A stretch of 62,924 nucleotides of DNA, the filler included, from Octopus bimaculoides (taxonomy: Eukaryota), in NCBI RefSeq assembly GCF_001194135.2. It is 4 parts of 4 records of this genome, joined end to end, with 100 filler letters (N's around TTAATTAATTAA, not from the genome) between each part and the next. Parts side by side here need not be neighbours in the genome. Positions count along the whole stretch, not along the records: positions 1 to 23,619 come from NC_068984.1; 3 more parts are not named here. One strand, written 5' to 3'. The position numbers and the translations under genes were made by a program. Below, piece after piece: positions 1-13,950 of the stretch. Each line of letters begins with the position of its first letter. Position 1 is the first letter of the stretch. The notes under the pieces were generated by a model. It was not told the DNA's origin and ran no database searches. It worked only from the letters and a program-made list of their open reading frames with translations.

Positions 1-127
1 TATATGTATAAATATATAAAAGAATAGTTATTTTTATGTGTATTGTATATAAATACAGGCATATGAGCGTGTTGTATGTACAAATCTATATCTATCTATC
101 TATCTATCTCCTTCTCTTTCTCTATAT

Positions 128-173
<46 letters not shown>

Positions 174-209
174 GCATATATATACATATTATGTATATAA
201 GTATATACA

Positions 210-247
<38 letters not shown>

Positions 248-840
248 ACTATATTTTGACCCATGCCAACATAGTAAATGACATTAACTGATGATGATAA
301 TGCTGCTGCTGATGATGATAAGAACGATGATGATAACAGTGAGTGTAACTCTGAGTGTGAGTGTGTATCTGTGTCTGTGTGTCTGTAGAACTGAATTTAC
401 AAACAACACAAAAAGTAAACTACTGAGAACAAGTATAGAGTGTAATTATTTATTGTAGCATTGTTGTTACTCTCTGCCTATCACTATTCATATACATTTT
501 CATATTTAAATTGTTGTATGAAGGTAAGTGTGTATGTATAAATGTATATCAAGAAAAATAAAACAACAACACAAGGACATGGCACATGCAAAGTATTAAT
601 AAGATGCTGAGGGAAGGAAAGAAAGGATGTTTATGTTTTGCACAAAGCTCTTGCTCAGAAACAGGAGACAGAGGAAAGTCCAAAANNNNNNNNNNNNNNN
701 NNNNNNNNNNNNNNNNNNNNNNNNNNATATATATATTCATGTAGGACTGTACAGCTACATGCTTTTTTTTAACCAAATTACAGAAATATGGTACCAGTGA
801 TTTCTTGAGGATTTTATCAGGATGCTCATGTCAAAATTAA

Positions 841-1094
841 CCCTTTAGCATTGTCCTCAGCCATATTTGGCCAAAATTAACCCGGTAGTGTTGACCTCAG
901 CCATATATGACCAAAATAGTGTCCCTGTTTTATGCTCAAAGTGGCCAGATCCAACCTCTTACCCTACACTGTTAGTCTAAAATTATACAGCCACATAATC
1001 TAAATATCAAGATTACAAGATAATGTAGGATAAATTCAAAACAATGTGAATAAATAAACATTACATTTGATAGAGTAATCTGAATGCTAACGGG
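841..1094. mobile_element. piggyBac-like MITE
   Basis: Starts TTAA|CCCTTTAGCATT and ends AATGCTAACGGG (inverted termini, 1 mismatch). The left ~45 bp appears tandemly duplicated. The right TTAA target site is not intact. Confidence 0.65.
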
Positions 1095-1260
1095 ACAAGG
1101 TTAGAGTTAGAAAATTTTGACTAAATTTTTGGAATGTGTTAGAAAATTTATGGAAAGAATTAGAACAGGAAATTATGTAGAATAAGAATCAAAGCCAGAT
1201 TTATAAATTAGAAGATTACTATTTTTAAATCTCACAATGAGAGATATTCAGCAACAGTAT

Positions 1261-1684
1261 TTTGGAGTAAAGATTTTCGCCAACATAACATGGCAGTCCT
1301 GGTTTAGGATGAATGTTGCTGTAATTTAGCCCAAGAAGACATCGTCTCCAGCTGGCTATACAACACAATCTGTGTCATATTTTTGAACAAGGGAATCTAG
1401 CACCCCCATTCAGCTCAAAACAATATCTGTGTATTCCTGAGTTATTTTCCTTCAACAGCACAGAATAATTGTTTGGCTAGATGAAGGAAAATAACCTGGA
1501 AATTGCGATACACAGATATTGTTTTGAGCTGAGTTGGGGTGCTAGATTCCCTTGTTCGAAAATATAAAGCCACAGATCATGTCGTATAGCCAGCTGGAGA
1601 CGATGCCAACTGGGGCTAAATTACAGTAACATTCGTCCTAAACCAGGATTGCCATGTTATGTTGGCAAAAATCTTTACTCCAAA
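1261..1684. mobile_element. Foldback/palindromic MITE (~424 bp)
   Basis: The left arm (tttggagtaaagattttcgccaacataacatggcagtcctggtttagg...) is the reverse complement of the right arm (...cctaaaccaggattgccatgttatgttggcaaaaatctttactccaaa). The arms pair almost to the centre near 1470. Confidence 0.85.
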
Positions 1685-3959
1685 GCCAGATTTGTTGTAC
1701 CCTGAGTATACTTAAACTGATCTAGTTTCATGTTCTACCATTCATGCTACTAAGAAACAAATCAGCATTTACAAATCTAATACTTCCTAGCCATTTGAAA
1801 GTTTAAATGGATTAATTTCTACTCTCTACTGAAACAAAAACCAACAATGTAAAATTAACTACACTAGCTTGTCTTAATACTTACAACTTAAAAACTAAAT
1901 CTACTTGAATAATATGTTAATCTTCACATGATTATAACATTTAAATCTTGGACTGTTATATCTAACATTTTACTTAAATTATTCAAATAAAAAATGTAAA
2001 TTGATATGTAATACTCTGCACTCTGCTATATATATAACCATACATGATTATAGCCCATAATATGCTGAGATTTTGTGGATAGCCAAAAAAAAAAATGAAT
2101 GCTGAGCTAAAGTCGTAGAAAATAAGTGGTTGTCTTGTAGGAAAAGGAATGCTATATTATTTATTTGTAATATTTGTGGTGTAAGAAATATGACTAATAT
2201 ATCAAGAACACATACAAACACTTGGAAATATTTGAAACCTGGAAAAACATTAACCTAAGTCTCCCCAACCATCAACTCTGATATATGAAATAATTTTATG
2301 ACAACCTTGTTGTATACCAAGTATGTTGCCACATAAAACTTATCTTTCTATGAAAGTGCGTTACCTAGCTACTGAGATATTATACAATTTGATAAAAAAA
2401 TATAAAAGCAGCCCAGTCAAATTATTGCCTTTCTGTTCAGTATCAAATCAATCATAATTTATGTGACCTTATGTGCCTGTGGAAGATTCATGTAATTTCT
2501 GTCCTTCTAAGTTTCCAACATTATTTTCTCTGCAGTCAATAAAACAATTCTCTTCAGTCAGTAAGTTTTTCTTTTAAGCCAATCACAATATATATTTATT
2601 TCACCCACTGCAGTTAAAACCCCTGTATGTATTCACTTTGAAAGCAAAAGCAAGGTTTAAAGAACACAAGAAATTTAACAATAAAAAGGAAATAATTCCA
2701 AGGAATACCTCGTATCACCAGAAATATTTAAAAAAAAAATATTGCTATTGTGAATGATTCAAATACAGCTTGACAAGTAACTGCTGCTTAGAAATCTTTA
2801 TTCAGATCATTCTGAGACACATAATGGAAATATATTTCATGGTTTTCACAAAACGAGGCAAAAGAAATAGTTTGAAATCTTTCAATGTAGTTAGTTTTGT
2901 AAAAAGCTGGATTTGCTGATGTTATCATTTGACATAAAATAACAATCTCGGGAAATAATATTGCAACAGTAAATATCCTAGCCACAACACATCCCTAAAA
3001 GAGTTTCCTATAACTCTGTCATGGCATCATGAGAAGAGTACAATGAAGGGGTTTCTGGTTACCTTTTCAACATAGAAGTATATCTGAAATATTTTACACA
3101 ATAGAAAAAATGTGCCTGTGATTGTAAATCTTTTTACTCAGGAATTAAACACAAATAGTAAATGTAAGCAAGTTTTGAAGCCAAGGAACACATTTTACTT
3201 ATCATAATATACTTACCTTTTAATAAATGAATCACATGTGCAATTACAGTACTTAACAGAAAATTCTTTTACTTTGTTTTTTAATGTTTCTTGTATATTT
3301 CCATAATACTGAACATGATGGTAAAATTCTTGTCATAAAAGTATCAGTATTTCTCAGTTTTCTCAGCTATATCAAGAATTATTTCCTACCCTGTGTAACA
3401 TTGCATCTAAGATTTCCAGAATAAAAAAGAATGTTCGACTTGCTTAATGCTAATTTCTTGAAATATTCACATAAACGATGAGTCACTTGACAATGAAATA
3501 TCATTAGCTGAATGCTAAACAATAAATTGTCTGGCAAGCCCAGGAAAATATGTTTACTTATTTATAAAACATTTGATGATGTATTTTTTTCATTGTTCTG
3601 GAACATTTTATTGTAAATAGTACATGAGAGCAGAGTTCTAAAAGTATTCAGTTGAGTTGTATTTTGAAATTTTAAGAATTGTACCACAAGAACGATAAAA
3701 GGAAGAATCACAAAAGTTTTCAATATTCTGCTCATGTCACATGAGTTTCCCTTGACTGCTGTGCATTACTTTTTATGATTGATTGTTAGAGATAATGATG
3801 GCTTCTACACACTGCAAGATATTGACTAACTGTTTTGTTACGTGTGTAGATATTATATTAACTGAGTCAAGTCAAGTATCTTGTTTTGAAGAGTACCAAT
3901 TACTACATCACACATGAAAAGTACTGTAGCATGGGCTTCACATGTAATCTGTGGCAGTT

Positions 3960-5420
3960 TTAAATGTACACTAGAGGAATGGAGTTGCAGCAACAAGGAA
4001 TACATGTTTGCTATTTCAAGAATCTGACAAGAACAGAAAAATAAAAACCCATTTAAACAACTGCTACATGCTTATAGTACAGATGTATTTATAAAGGATT
4101 ACAAGATAGTATGAAACTGATCTGTCTAAACACCCCAACTTCAATTGTACCAGTGATACATGAAAAACAATTGCAAGCTCCAGCTTATCTGACTTTTGAA
4201 TCAACAGATAAAGTTGACATTCAAATGTCAGATCAGAATGAAAATTGAGAAGAGGAAGCAACAAGACACTGTGAATAGCTAGCAAGAGTTTGATGACCTT
4301 GTAACAAATTAGTATCTCACTAAATATGGTAAAGGGTAGTTGGTATTCAAATTAAATGAAAGGAATCTACTGGATGCAAAGGTGAAAATTTCTAAGAAAT
4401 GAACAAGGTTTGCAGCTTTGTCTTATTTCCACTTATTGTCTGAGTTGCTGGGCTTCTATACTGATGTAGGAGGCATGTTTGAAGTGACTGGTTTTAGACA
4501 CTCCTGTGATGAATGGCATTTGTTAATTGATATATCTATGAAAGCTTGAGAACAGTAGTTCTACAAAAGAGCAATCATTAGTCATCTATATTTGTTAGTT
4601 ATTGAAAGAAGAGTACAAAAATATTAAAGGGTTGCTCAAATATGATGATTCTAGTGAGATACATATATTGATTTCAAGCTGTTGGGATTCTTGTTTAGGT
4701 TGCATGGTGGATATACAAAGAACACTTGGTTTTTGTGCTTGTAGATTAGCAGAGGTAGAGAAAACAATTGTGCAAAAGGAAAATAGTATAAAAGATCAGC
4801 CCTGTAGATGAGCATCCAAAATGTATAGCTCAAACTCTTGTATCTGAGGAGAAAATCCTTCAGCCTCTGCTACACATAAAACTTTGTTTGAGAAAACAAT
4901 TCTTCATTGCCTTAGATTGTAATAGTGAAGTCTAAGTCAACATATGTGTGATGTTTGGAATGTTGTCTGATGCAAAATTGCTGTTGGTGTATTTGTTGGA
5001 GTACAGTTGAAGCAGATGCTTACATCCAAAACTCTGGATACAAAAATGACAGTGGTGGAAGAGAAAAACTTGAAATGTATTCAAGAACATTTTTCAATGG
5101 ATTTTCTGGCAACAATAAGGGGAAGAATTAAACAGATCTTACTGAAGAACTGATTGAAAGTCACAAAAGCATTGGAGTAAATGTCACTGAAGTTGCACTA
5201 TTTGTTCTCTCACTTGGAATTCTTTCTACCAAATCTTAGAGCTGTATCAGAAAGGCACAATGAATGATTCCAACACAACATACAATTCATGGTGAAGTGA
5301 TACTGGGGTAGGTGAAATGAAACAATAATGAGGTGATGGGCAATTAAGTTTGGGATTTGTTTTGAGAAGAATGTAGAGGTTACAAAAGACAACGATGGTC
5401 CAACGTTCACTTCGGTGCTT
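3960..5420 (+). mobile_element. Highly degenerate DNA transposase, Chapaev3/CMC-like
   Basis: Manual translation across stops and frameshifts gives remnants such as DEWHLLID, LKEEYKNIKGLLKYDD, LHGGYTKNTWFLC and MSLKLHYLFSHLEFFLPNLRAVSERHNE. These match recalled motifs WRLFIDSSK, GGYTKxxCFLC and MSLKxHFLxSHLDFFPxNLGAVSDEHGERFHQ. The superfamily name is from memory. Confidence 0.55.
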
Positions 5421-5723
5421 ATTGATATTTTTGATCCATTGTACCACTACTGCTATGTTGCATTATTCATGATTGCTTGTTATATTATAATTAATCGATT
5501 TCTATAATTATATTATATAATGCAGTTGAAATTACAATAAATTGTATTACAATAAATATTGTGTTTTCATGATTATTATGCAAATCTTTGTTCATATAGA
5601 AAAAACAAACTAATGTGCTTTTCATATTCAGCATGTCAAATTTGATAGCAAAAACACAAACATGGGAGTAAACCAGAACATTCATAAAAACCTGTTATTT
5701 GGTGTTATATTTTCAAATGAGCA

Positions 5724-6440
5724 CAGGTATGGTTGATTGGTTAAGAAGTTTGTTTCACAATCATGTTCTTTTGAGTTCAAATTTTCTGCTTTAGTCCTAG
5801 GCTTAACAATACTTTGTAAGTGAATTTGTTAGACAGAAACTATGTGGAAGCTTGTTGCATATATGGTCGAATGGTTAAAAAGTTTGCTTTGAAACTACAT
5901 GCTCCTGGTTTGATCCATTACATGATATCATGGACAAGTGTCATTTTTTTTTACAAATTCAACATGTCCTATATTTTACGAGCAAAACTTGGTGGACAGA
6001 AACTGTATTGAAGTTCATTGGATGGATTGCCCCTGTAATTCAAAGGCAGAGCCTTGTTACACACTGTGTCATGTTGATAGTACCTGGAAATTATGATAAA
6101 TGTCTGTGTGTCTGTGAAATACTTGGCTACTTTTACATTAATTCAATGAACAGGCAAATAAATCAGCTTGTTAGCAAAACGAGCAGAAATTTATCCACAT
6201 GCACGTGTGTATGTGTGTGTGTGTTTGTGTGTGTGCGTGTATGCATCCTTGTGTTTACATTTCTCTGTTTGATAATCAGTGTTGGTTTGTTTGCATCTTT
6301 GTAACTTAGCTTGGCCAAATTACACACATAAGATAAGTACTAAGCTTGAAATAAGCACTGTTGTTGATTTGATTGATTAAAAAAGTTCAAAGTGATACTC
6401 CAGTATGGCCATATTTCAATGAATGAAACAAATAAAAAAA
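5724..6440 (+). mobile_element. Old, diverged tRNA-derived SINE (family A), possibly two nested copies
   Basis: The head (ggttgattggttaagaagtttg...) and tail (ccagtatggccatatttcaatgaatgaaacaaataaaa) are diverged versions of the 34698-35210 copy. Boundaries are approximate. Confidence 0.5.
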
Positions 6441-8214
6441 AAATAAGGGAATAACATCATGATGTATATATTTTCTTTGTTTTCCTTAACATTAATTTCA
6501 TTTCAAGTCTTCTGGTAGATGCAAAAGCACAGCCATACATGCTCAATCTCACTTTAAAACATATTTCAAACAATGAAAAGAGCTAAATTAAGAAAATAAA
6601 GCAATGTGTTGCTCTATTTCCACAAGGAAAGAAATAGAAATCCTGATTGTCATTATGCATTTCCTTCCACCCAGAATAGCTGGTTATATTTAAGAGGCCT
6701 TAAGAGGGCAGCTGTAATTGAAGAGGATTCTATGGAGAAAACATCAAAATGATAGTTGGGAATTAAGTGGGACTGCCATAGTAATAATAATGCTGAAAAC
6801 TAAGATCAATGTTGTAGCAGCTATTATCCATTGGGGTCATATACAAAAGAGGGAATAACATTAAGGAAATTTTATTTGCTTGGGGGGAATGACTAATTGA
6901 TAAGAGGAGGAGTGTATAACAGCTTAATCAATTGAAAAGTGGAGATTGAACAGGAATAGCAAAAAAATTGCAGCTTTGCTGAATTTATTGCTATAACTGC
7001 AGGCATATCAAAACTGAAAGGAAGACTGAAAAACTAATTAAATGATGATAATGACGAGGATGATGGCAGAGATTATGATGATGAAAACAACAATAATAGT
7101 GATGATTATTTAAATTAACTAGTAAAAGCTCTCATGGGGTGGTATACGCCAGACTGTAGCTATGCAGGGGTTCAATTTCAAAGTTGCTTAGCAGAGGATG
7201 TCACTTCTAGATATGAAGTGATGTAAGGAAAGGTCATCATTGTTTGTCTCAGTGTTTGTCTATCTGTTGATTATTGGCTTATTGTTTATAACAAATAGTG
7301 TCAAAAGAACATGACTTATAAAGCCTGCTATTTCATTTGATTCCTGATTGGAATGAACTAAGAAGAAAATACATGGTTGTGTTTTAAAAGTTCATGTACC
7401 ATCTTCATTGCTGTCATCGTTGTCATCGTCGTCGTCATCGTCGTTGTCATCATCATCATTATCATTATCATCATTTTACATCCATTTTCCATGCTACCAT
7501 GCATTGAATGGTTCATCATTGTTAGTGTTGATGATTTTTATCAGTTATAAAATCATTCCCAAGATCCTTTGTGATTTGCCACAGAGAACACAAACAGTAC
7601 TCCATTAACACTTACACTTTATTTTAAAGTAGGATTGGAAACTCTCAGAACATTAGTAGATTAATAGATTTTGGAGAGTTAATGTTCCAAACTAAACATT
7701 ATGGACTAATGAATAATATAAAAAAAATCATTCTCGAATGTAGTCATTTATTGCAATATGATGCACACACACACTCACACACATATTATGTGTATGGGCA
7801 TGTGTGCATTTCTTTTACTAATACACATCAGTGAAAAATGTAAACATTGGCAAGGAGACAAAGCACACACACACACACAAACAAATAACAGTGCTTTTCA
7901 AATAAGTCTCTTGAGGTGTTTGTTCAGCATCAAGTTAGGAACTCCTTTGATATATTTGCCATGAGAAATGCATTGAATCTGTGACTGGCCAATCAAAAAC
8001 CTGTATAACAATAAAATTTCAGTTCTTCACAAAATATTTATTGTTTATATGATAAAATCAGATACGATGGCTGGATAAAGAAAAACAGGAAAATGAGAAG
8101 AAAGTTCTTTTCATAATGGTGGTTGAGAACTAAAGTTTATTTCATGATGTAATTATGTATTCATGCCTCCGAGAGGAAAAAGTTTCTGTGAAAGTGACCA
8201 GAGTGAGGTTATAT

Positions 8215-8430
8215 AGATTTAGTTGGTGTTTAGGAGAACAAATAGAGATGGGCTTTCCATATCATGCAAATGAAGGACAACAGATGGACTATCAGGGTGA
8301 CAGAGTGGACTACAAGTCAATGGAAAATATCAAGAGATCAACCAAAGACAAGATGGCAAGATGATCTCACCTGCTACCTGGGGCCTACATGGCTACGACT
8401 GGCCAGAGATAGACAGTAGTGGAAGTAATC
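8215..8430 (+). mobile_element. RTE-clade LINE 3' ORF fragment
   Basis: Translates to RWAFHIMQMKDNRWTIRVTEW...RDQPKTRWQDDL...WLRLARDRQ*WK, typical of the RTE C-terminus (WAGHxxRMxDxRW...RGRPxxRW). Confidence 0.7.
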
Positions 8431-8489
8431 TAAGGAGTGGGATTCCTTCTTCAGGATTGATGAAGCTTTGGATATCATTATTGATATTA

Positions 8490-8706
8490 TTAGGGGCAGG
8501 TAAAATCGCAAACTAGCAGAATCACTAAAACACTGAGAAAAATATTTAATGGCATTTTGTCTGTCTTACCATTCGGAGTTCAAATTCCACTGAGGTTGAT
8601 TTTGCCTCTCATCCCTTTTGGGGTTGATAAAATATGTAGCACTTGAGCACTGGGCTTGATGTAATCGACTTACATCCTCCCCAGAAATTATTGGCCTTGT
8701 ACCAAA
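8490..8706 (+). mobile_element. Diverged SINE (family B)
   Basis: ...ttcggagttcaaattccactgaggttgattttgcctctcatcccttttggggttgataaa... matches the reverse complement of the 47575-47808 copy, with CpG decay. Confidence 0.6.
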
Positions 8707-9171
8707 AATTGAAGCCATTATTGGGAGCAGGTAGTTCTTCATGTTTGACTGTCAAAACAAACCTGAATATCAGACTGGCAACTGATGTAATATTCGGCTG
8801 TAATTCTATTTCTTTCTCACATCTACTCAATGTGTCTGCACTCTAGGTCACATATTATGGTTGACTGATGTCAGTCAACAGCCTTGCTTGGTTAGTTTCC
8901 TGCTGATGTTACCAATGCATTTATGAAATTTAAATATTCAATTTAAAGCAGTCAGTTTCGATGTTTAAACAAAGAAAATTATTAGTTAGCTTCCTGGTGA
9001 TGTCATTAGTCCATTAAAAGAGTTCAGTTGTTCACCATAAATTTCTTAGCTACAAATAACCAGTTCCAGTTTCAAGTTTTAAATAGAGACTTGCCACATA
9101 CGTAACAAAAAAAAAAAAAAAAACTATGGTTCATGAATTTTTCATGTTAAATAAAATAAACATAAGCTTAC

Positions 9172-9625
9172 TTTTTATCTTTTACTTGTTTCAGTCATTA
9201 GATAGTGGCCATGCTGGAACATTGCCTTGAAAAACTTAAGTTGAATGAATCAACCCCAGTACTTGTTTCTTTAAAGCCCAGTCTTGCTTCCCTGGGCATG
9301 GACACATTAAGGCACTGATGTCTGGCAACAGACATGGTAGACACCCACAAGATTGCCCACTATCACAGGCTTTTGAAGTTATAAGAATGTAAAGACTTCA
9401 ACACCAGTTCTCCAGTGGTGGAGGACAAACACATACAATGACACACGTTCACATCCACACACATACACTACAGGCTTCTTTCAGTTTCTGTCGACCAAAT
9501 CCACTCAGAAGGCTTTGGCTGGTCAGAATCTATAATAGATGACACTCAAGGTCCATCATTGTGGGACTGACCCAAGAACCATGTGATTGGTAAGCAAACT
9601 TCTTACCATACGGCCACAACCAAGT
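9172..9625 (-). mobile_element. SINE (family A)
   Basis: Reverse complement of the 34698-35210 copy: tail ttttacttgtttcagtcatt...ggccatgctgg and head ...gaaccatgtgattggtaagcaaact. Confidence 0.75.
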
Positions 9626-10809
9626 GTAATAATTCTTTTCCCTTCTATGTATCTTAGAAATTTCATGAAAAATTTCAAAACGTACCTCAAATTTTTTGAA
9701 GAAGGAATTCTAAATTATATTGAATCCAATACTTCACTGGTATCTTACTTTATTAACTCTGGAAAGATGAAAGACAAAGTTGACATCAGAATGTAAAGAG
9801 TTGTGACTAAGTACCTCAAGATATTGTGTCTGATTCTTGACCTATACAACCATTGTACAGCTTCAACATCATTAATATTACTTATGAATTAGGTTTTATA
9901 CCCATTTTCATTGTTTATATAGCAGTCTAGAATTCTAAAGATGAATGAACAGAGTAGAAATTAAGTTGAGGAGACCCTTTAGTTTTGCCATATTGAAGAC
10001 ATAACCACCTCTCTAGTGTTGGTGCTATGCCAAAATACACAATGACGAAGGGCATCCAGTTCTGGAAATCAAGCTAAAATGAAATATGTGAGTAAAATGT
10101 CTTCCAATAACCCATCTTGATGGGAAGGAACTCTGAATAAGAACTGACTTGAACTGTGATAAGTCATCCAAACCCTGCCAATATGGAAAGCGAACATGAA
10201 ATAAAGATGACACTGATGCTGCTGCAAATGAATTAATATTTTCATATATTACTGATGAATCTGCTTTTAAATTGAGTGATTCCTTTTTTGTATTAACAGC
10301 TTAAGCCTAGTGTACAGTTAACCAATATGGATAAAGAAATATACCCTGTGAAGAAAAACATTAAAAAGTAAATGCTTTTTGCAAGAGCAAGATTTAGGAT
10401 TTCTCATACCTGAATCCTCATCATATTATTTCAGTCAAATTTGCGACAGTGTTGATACACCATCATCATCATTATTATAATATATTTTTTTTCAATAGTG
10501 GGACAAGTTTAACCCCTTGGTTAATTCACCTTAATCGTTAATTAGGTGTAGAAAGCTGTTTATTTATTCACAGTATGAAAGTGGATGATAATTTTATACC
10601 AGTGACTTTTAATTTTGTCATCACTTTGTCAAAGAAACCATGTTAAACGGAATGGTAAAATTCATGTAAATTTAGAAAAGGCATAGCTAATGTATTTCTT
10701 TATAAAATATAATTTTTCTAGTGACTCAGTTTGAAGGCCTCAAATTTAGAGAAAAAGAATAAAATGCATTGTCAACATCTGCAGGGTTTGAACTCAAAAT
10801 CCAGAGATC

Positions 10810-11260
10810 ATGATCATCATCATTTAACGTTCTTTGTCCATGCTGGCATGGTTTGGACTGTTTGACCAGGGCTGGCAAGCTGGAAGGCTGCACCAGACTC
10901 CAATCTGATTTGACATGGTTTTCTATGGCTGGCTACCCTTCCTAACACCAACCACTCTGAGAGGGTAATGGGTGCTTTTACATGCCACTGGTACGAGTGT
11001 CATTTTTGTGACACCAGTATCTGCTATGACTGGTTTTACTTAACTTGAAGGATCTTCTTCTCAAGCACGACATAATGACAAAGGTCTTGGTCATTCGTCA
11101 TTGCCTCTGTGAGGCCCAACACTTGAAAGGAACTTTTAACATGCCACTAGCATTGGCCACTTTGCCTCCATGAGGCTCAATGCTCGAAAAGTGCTTTTTA
11201 TGTGACACCAGCACAGGTGCCAGTTACATGATACCAGCATTGACCATGACTGACACCAGC
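10810..11260 (-). mobile_element. SINE (family C, with (GAT)n tail)
   Basis: (CAT)n followed by ttaacgtt...catgctggcatgg...acccttcctaacaccaaccactc...; the same family occurs at 22895-23170, 23320-23600 and 31290-31600. Confidence 0.65.
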
Positions 11261-12754
11261 ATTAAAACTAATGTTGTATAAGCAAATGGTACTTCTTAGT
11301 AATTAACTTCAATAAATTATTTTTAAATAGCTACTTGTTCGTGCTTACTTGTCAGCAATATTGTGCACTGGGTAATTAGTGATTTTCTCTTTACTCTTTT
11401 GGTTTGTATTAGGAAGTCAATGCCTTGAATAGAAAGGGTAATAGGACTAAATCTAGTCCTGAGTTGTATCCCTTGCATGCTGAACTTAGTATTGTGTTAA
11501 TAATTAGGCTAATATTTATTCATTACTATATAATTATGCCTAATTAGATTGTTGATGCTTCCTACACTAAATATGCTACTGCTAATTCAACTGAATACCA
11601 TGGGATATTTAGTGTAATATAATACTACTTCTATCAAATATATTGATATGTACTTCTATGTGAAAATGTTATTATATGTTAATGAATATTTTCACTGTGG
11701 AGTTTACAACAAACTAATTAACTATTTTCAAAACAGTAAAAATATTAAGACAATTAACAAAATGGTTATTGCTGCAGGGAGCAAAAGTGCTACAATAACT
11801 GAAAAAAATTTTTCTTTGTGATATTATTAAACACTTTAATATATACTTCATAATATGAGACATTAACTTTGGTGCAATATCATTGCCTGAGTTGTCATTC
11901 ATATATATTTTTTATGTTAAAATGAGATTGAGTAATAACATTACTAAATACAGCTGGATTTAGTAACTTTAAGCAAGATGTAAGGTGTGTATGAAAATGT
12001 GTGAAATATAAACAGCATTCTGAAATAAATATATATGTATATATNNNNNNNNNNNNNNNNNNNNNNNNNNNNNNNNNNNNNNNNNNNNNNNNNNNNNNNN
12101 NNNNNNNNNNNNNNNNNNNNNNNNNNNNNNNNNNNNNNNNNNNNNNNNNNNNNNNNNNNNNNNNNNNNNNNNNNNNNNNNNNNNNNNNNNNNNNNNNNNA
12201 TATATCAGTTAAATTTTAAAATTTAAAATTTACATGTTGGGTATGTCCCTAGAAGTATGCCGACAAACACGTTCACTGCTTGGCCTCATCAGCAATAATT
12301 ACACAATTGTCGCTGGATCTACATCAGGAATACCTTAGTGTACGTTGAGTATGACAGAAACGATAGAGGTGGAAAATGGAATATGTGAGAAACTTTGTTG
12401 ATCAAAACGATCGTTTCAACACATCCTGCATCACTCTCTCGCTGGTGGGAAACTATACAATTAATTTCGGGGATCCCACGGTGCAGAGGCATCTCATCAG
12501 GTGATGTACTAATGTACCTCGTTGCATAAGCAATGTTTCGTTTATTCAGATTCCCTAGAGCACGTTATTAGTGGTCATAGCTTAAATACATTGAAAAGAA
12601 GTGACTAGGAACAGGTTTAGTTGCAAAGCTATAGACACAAACAGGAAGTAAATTAAGAAGAAAAAATACAAAGAACGAGGAAAATAACACATATAATAAA
12701 GTAAAAGTAAGTAAACCATTAAGTGTGTCAGTACTCATCATACTGTTAGTCGTT

Positions 12755-12801
<47 letters not shown>

Positions 12802-13446
12802 NNNNNNNNNNNNNNNNNNNNNNNNNNNNNNNNNNNNNNNNNNNNNNNNNNNNNNNNNNNNNNNNNNNNNNNNNNNNNNNNNNNNNNNNNNNNNNNNNNN
12901 NNNNNNNNNNNNNNNNNNNNNNNNNNNNNNNNNNNNNNNNNNNNNNNNNNNNNNNNNNNNNNNNNNNNNNNNNNNNNNNNNNNNNNNNNNNNNNNNNNNN
13001 NNNNNNNNNNNNNNNNNNNNNNNNNNNNNNNNNNNNNNNNNNNNNNNNNNNNNNNNNNNNNNNNNNNNNNNNNNNNNNNNNNNNNNNNNNNNNNNNNNNN
13101 NNNNNNNNNNNNNNNNNNNNNNNNNNNNNNNNNNNNNNNNNNNNNNNNNNNNNNNNNNNNNNNNNNNNNNNNNNNNNNNNNNNNNNNNNNNNNNNNNNNN
13201 NNNNNNNNNNNNNNNNNNNNNNNNNNNNNNNNNNNNNNNNNNNNNNNNNNNNNNNNNNNNNNNNNNNNNNNNNNNNNNNNNNNNNNNNNNNNNNNNNNNN
13301 NNNNNNNNNNNNNNNNNNNNNNNNNNNNNNNNNNNNNNNNNNNNNNNNNNNNNNNNNNNNNNNNNNNNNNNNNNNNNNNNNNNNNNNNNNNNNNNNNNNN
13401 NNNNNNNNNNNNNNNNNNNNNNNNNNNNNNNNNNNNNNNNNNNNNN

Positions 13447-13484
<38 letters not shown>

Positions 13485-13699
13485 CTTTATAAACACACAC
13501 ACATATACACACACATATGTAATTATTTATACATTCATATATATATGTACACTCCCCCCACACACATATACATATGCCCAGCAACTAAAAAGCCTACTGT
13601 CTGGAACCAGAAAGGAAGAAATAATTGTGTTTGGTATGTATGTATATGGTGTATGGGTATGTGTGTGTGTGTTTTGACAGTCTGTGTGTGAGACTGTAT

Positions 13700-13950
13700 A
13701 TTTTTTATTTTACTTGTTCTTGTCATTTGACTGCGGCCATGCTGGAGCACAGCCCTTGAAAGGTACTAATCATTCATATTAACTTTTAAAGTCTGGTATT
13801 TATCTTAGCGATCAATATTTATTGCACTGCTAATTTACATGACACAAACACAGACACTGTTTTGTCTTCAAGCAATGACAAATATAAAGGCAGACATTTA
13901 GACTGACTTATACAACCATTCCTGCACACACATATATAAATACACTGATT
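13700..13950 (-). mobile_element. Partial SINE (family A)
   Basis: ttttacttgttcttgtcatttgactgcggccatgctggagcac tail motif. Boundaries are approximate. Confidence 0.55.

Noticed and set aside
12400-12520. Hammerhead-like CTGATGAG...CGAAA core on the minus strand, possibly from a Penelope-like element
   Set aside because: Stem II is imperfect, and no stem III or NUH cleavage triplet could be placed. At most it is a decayed remnant.
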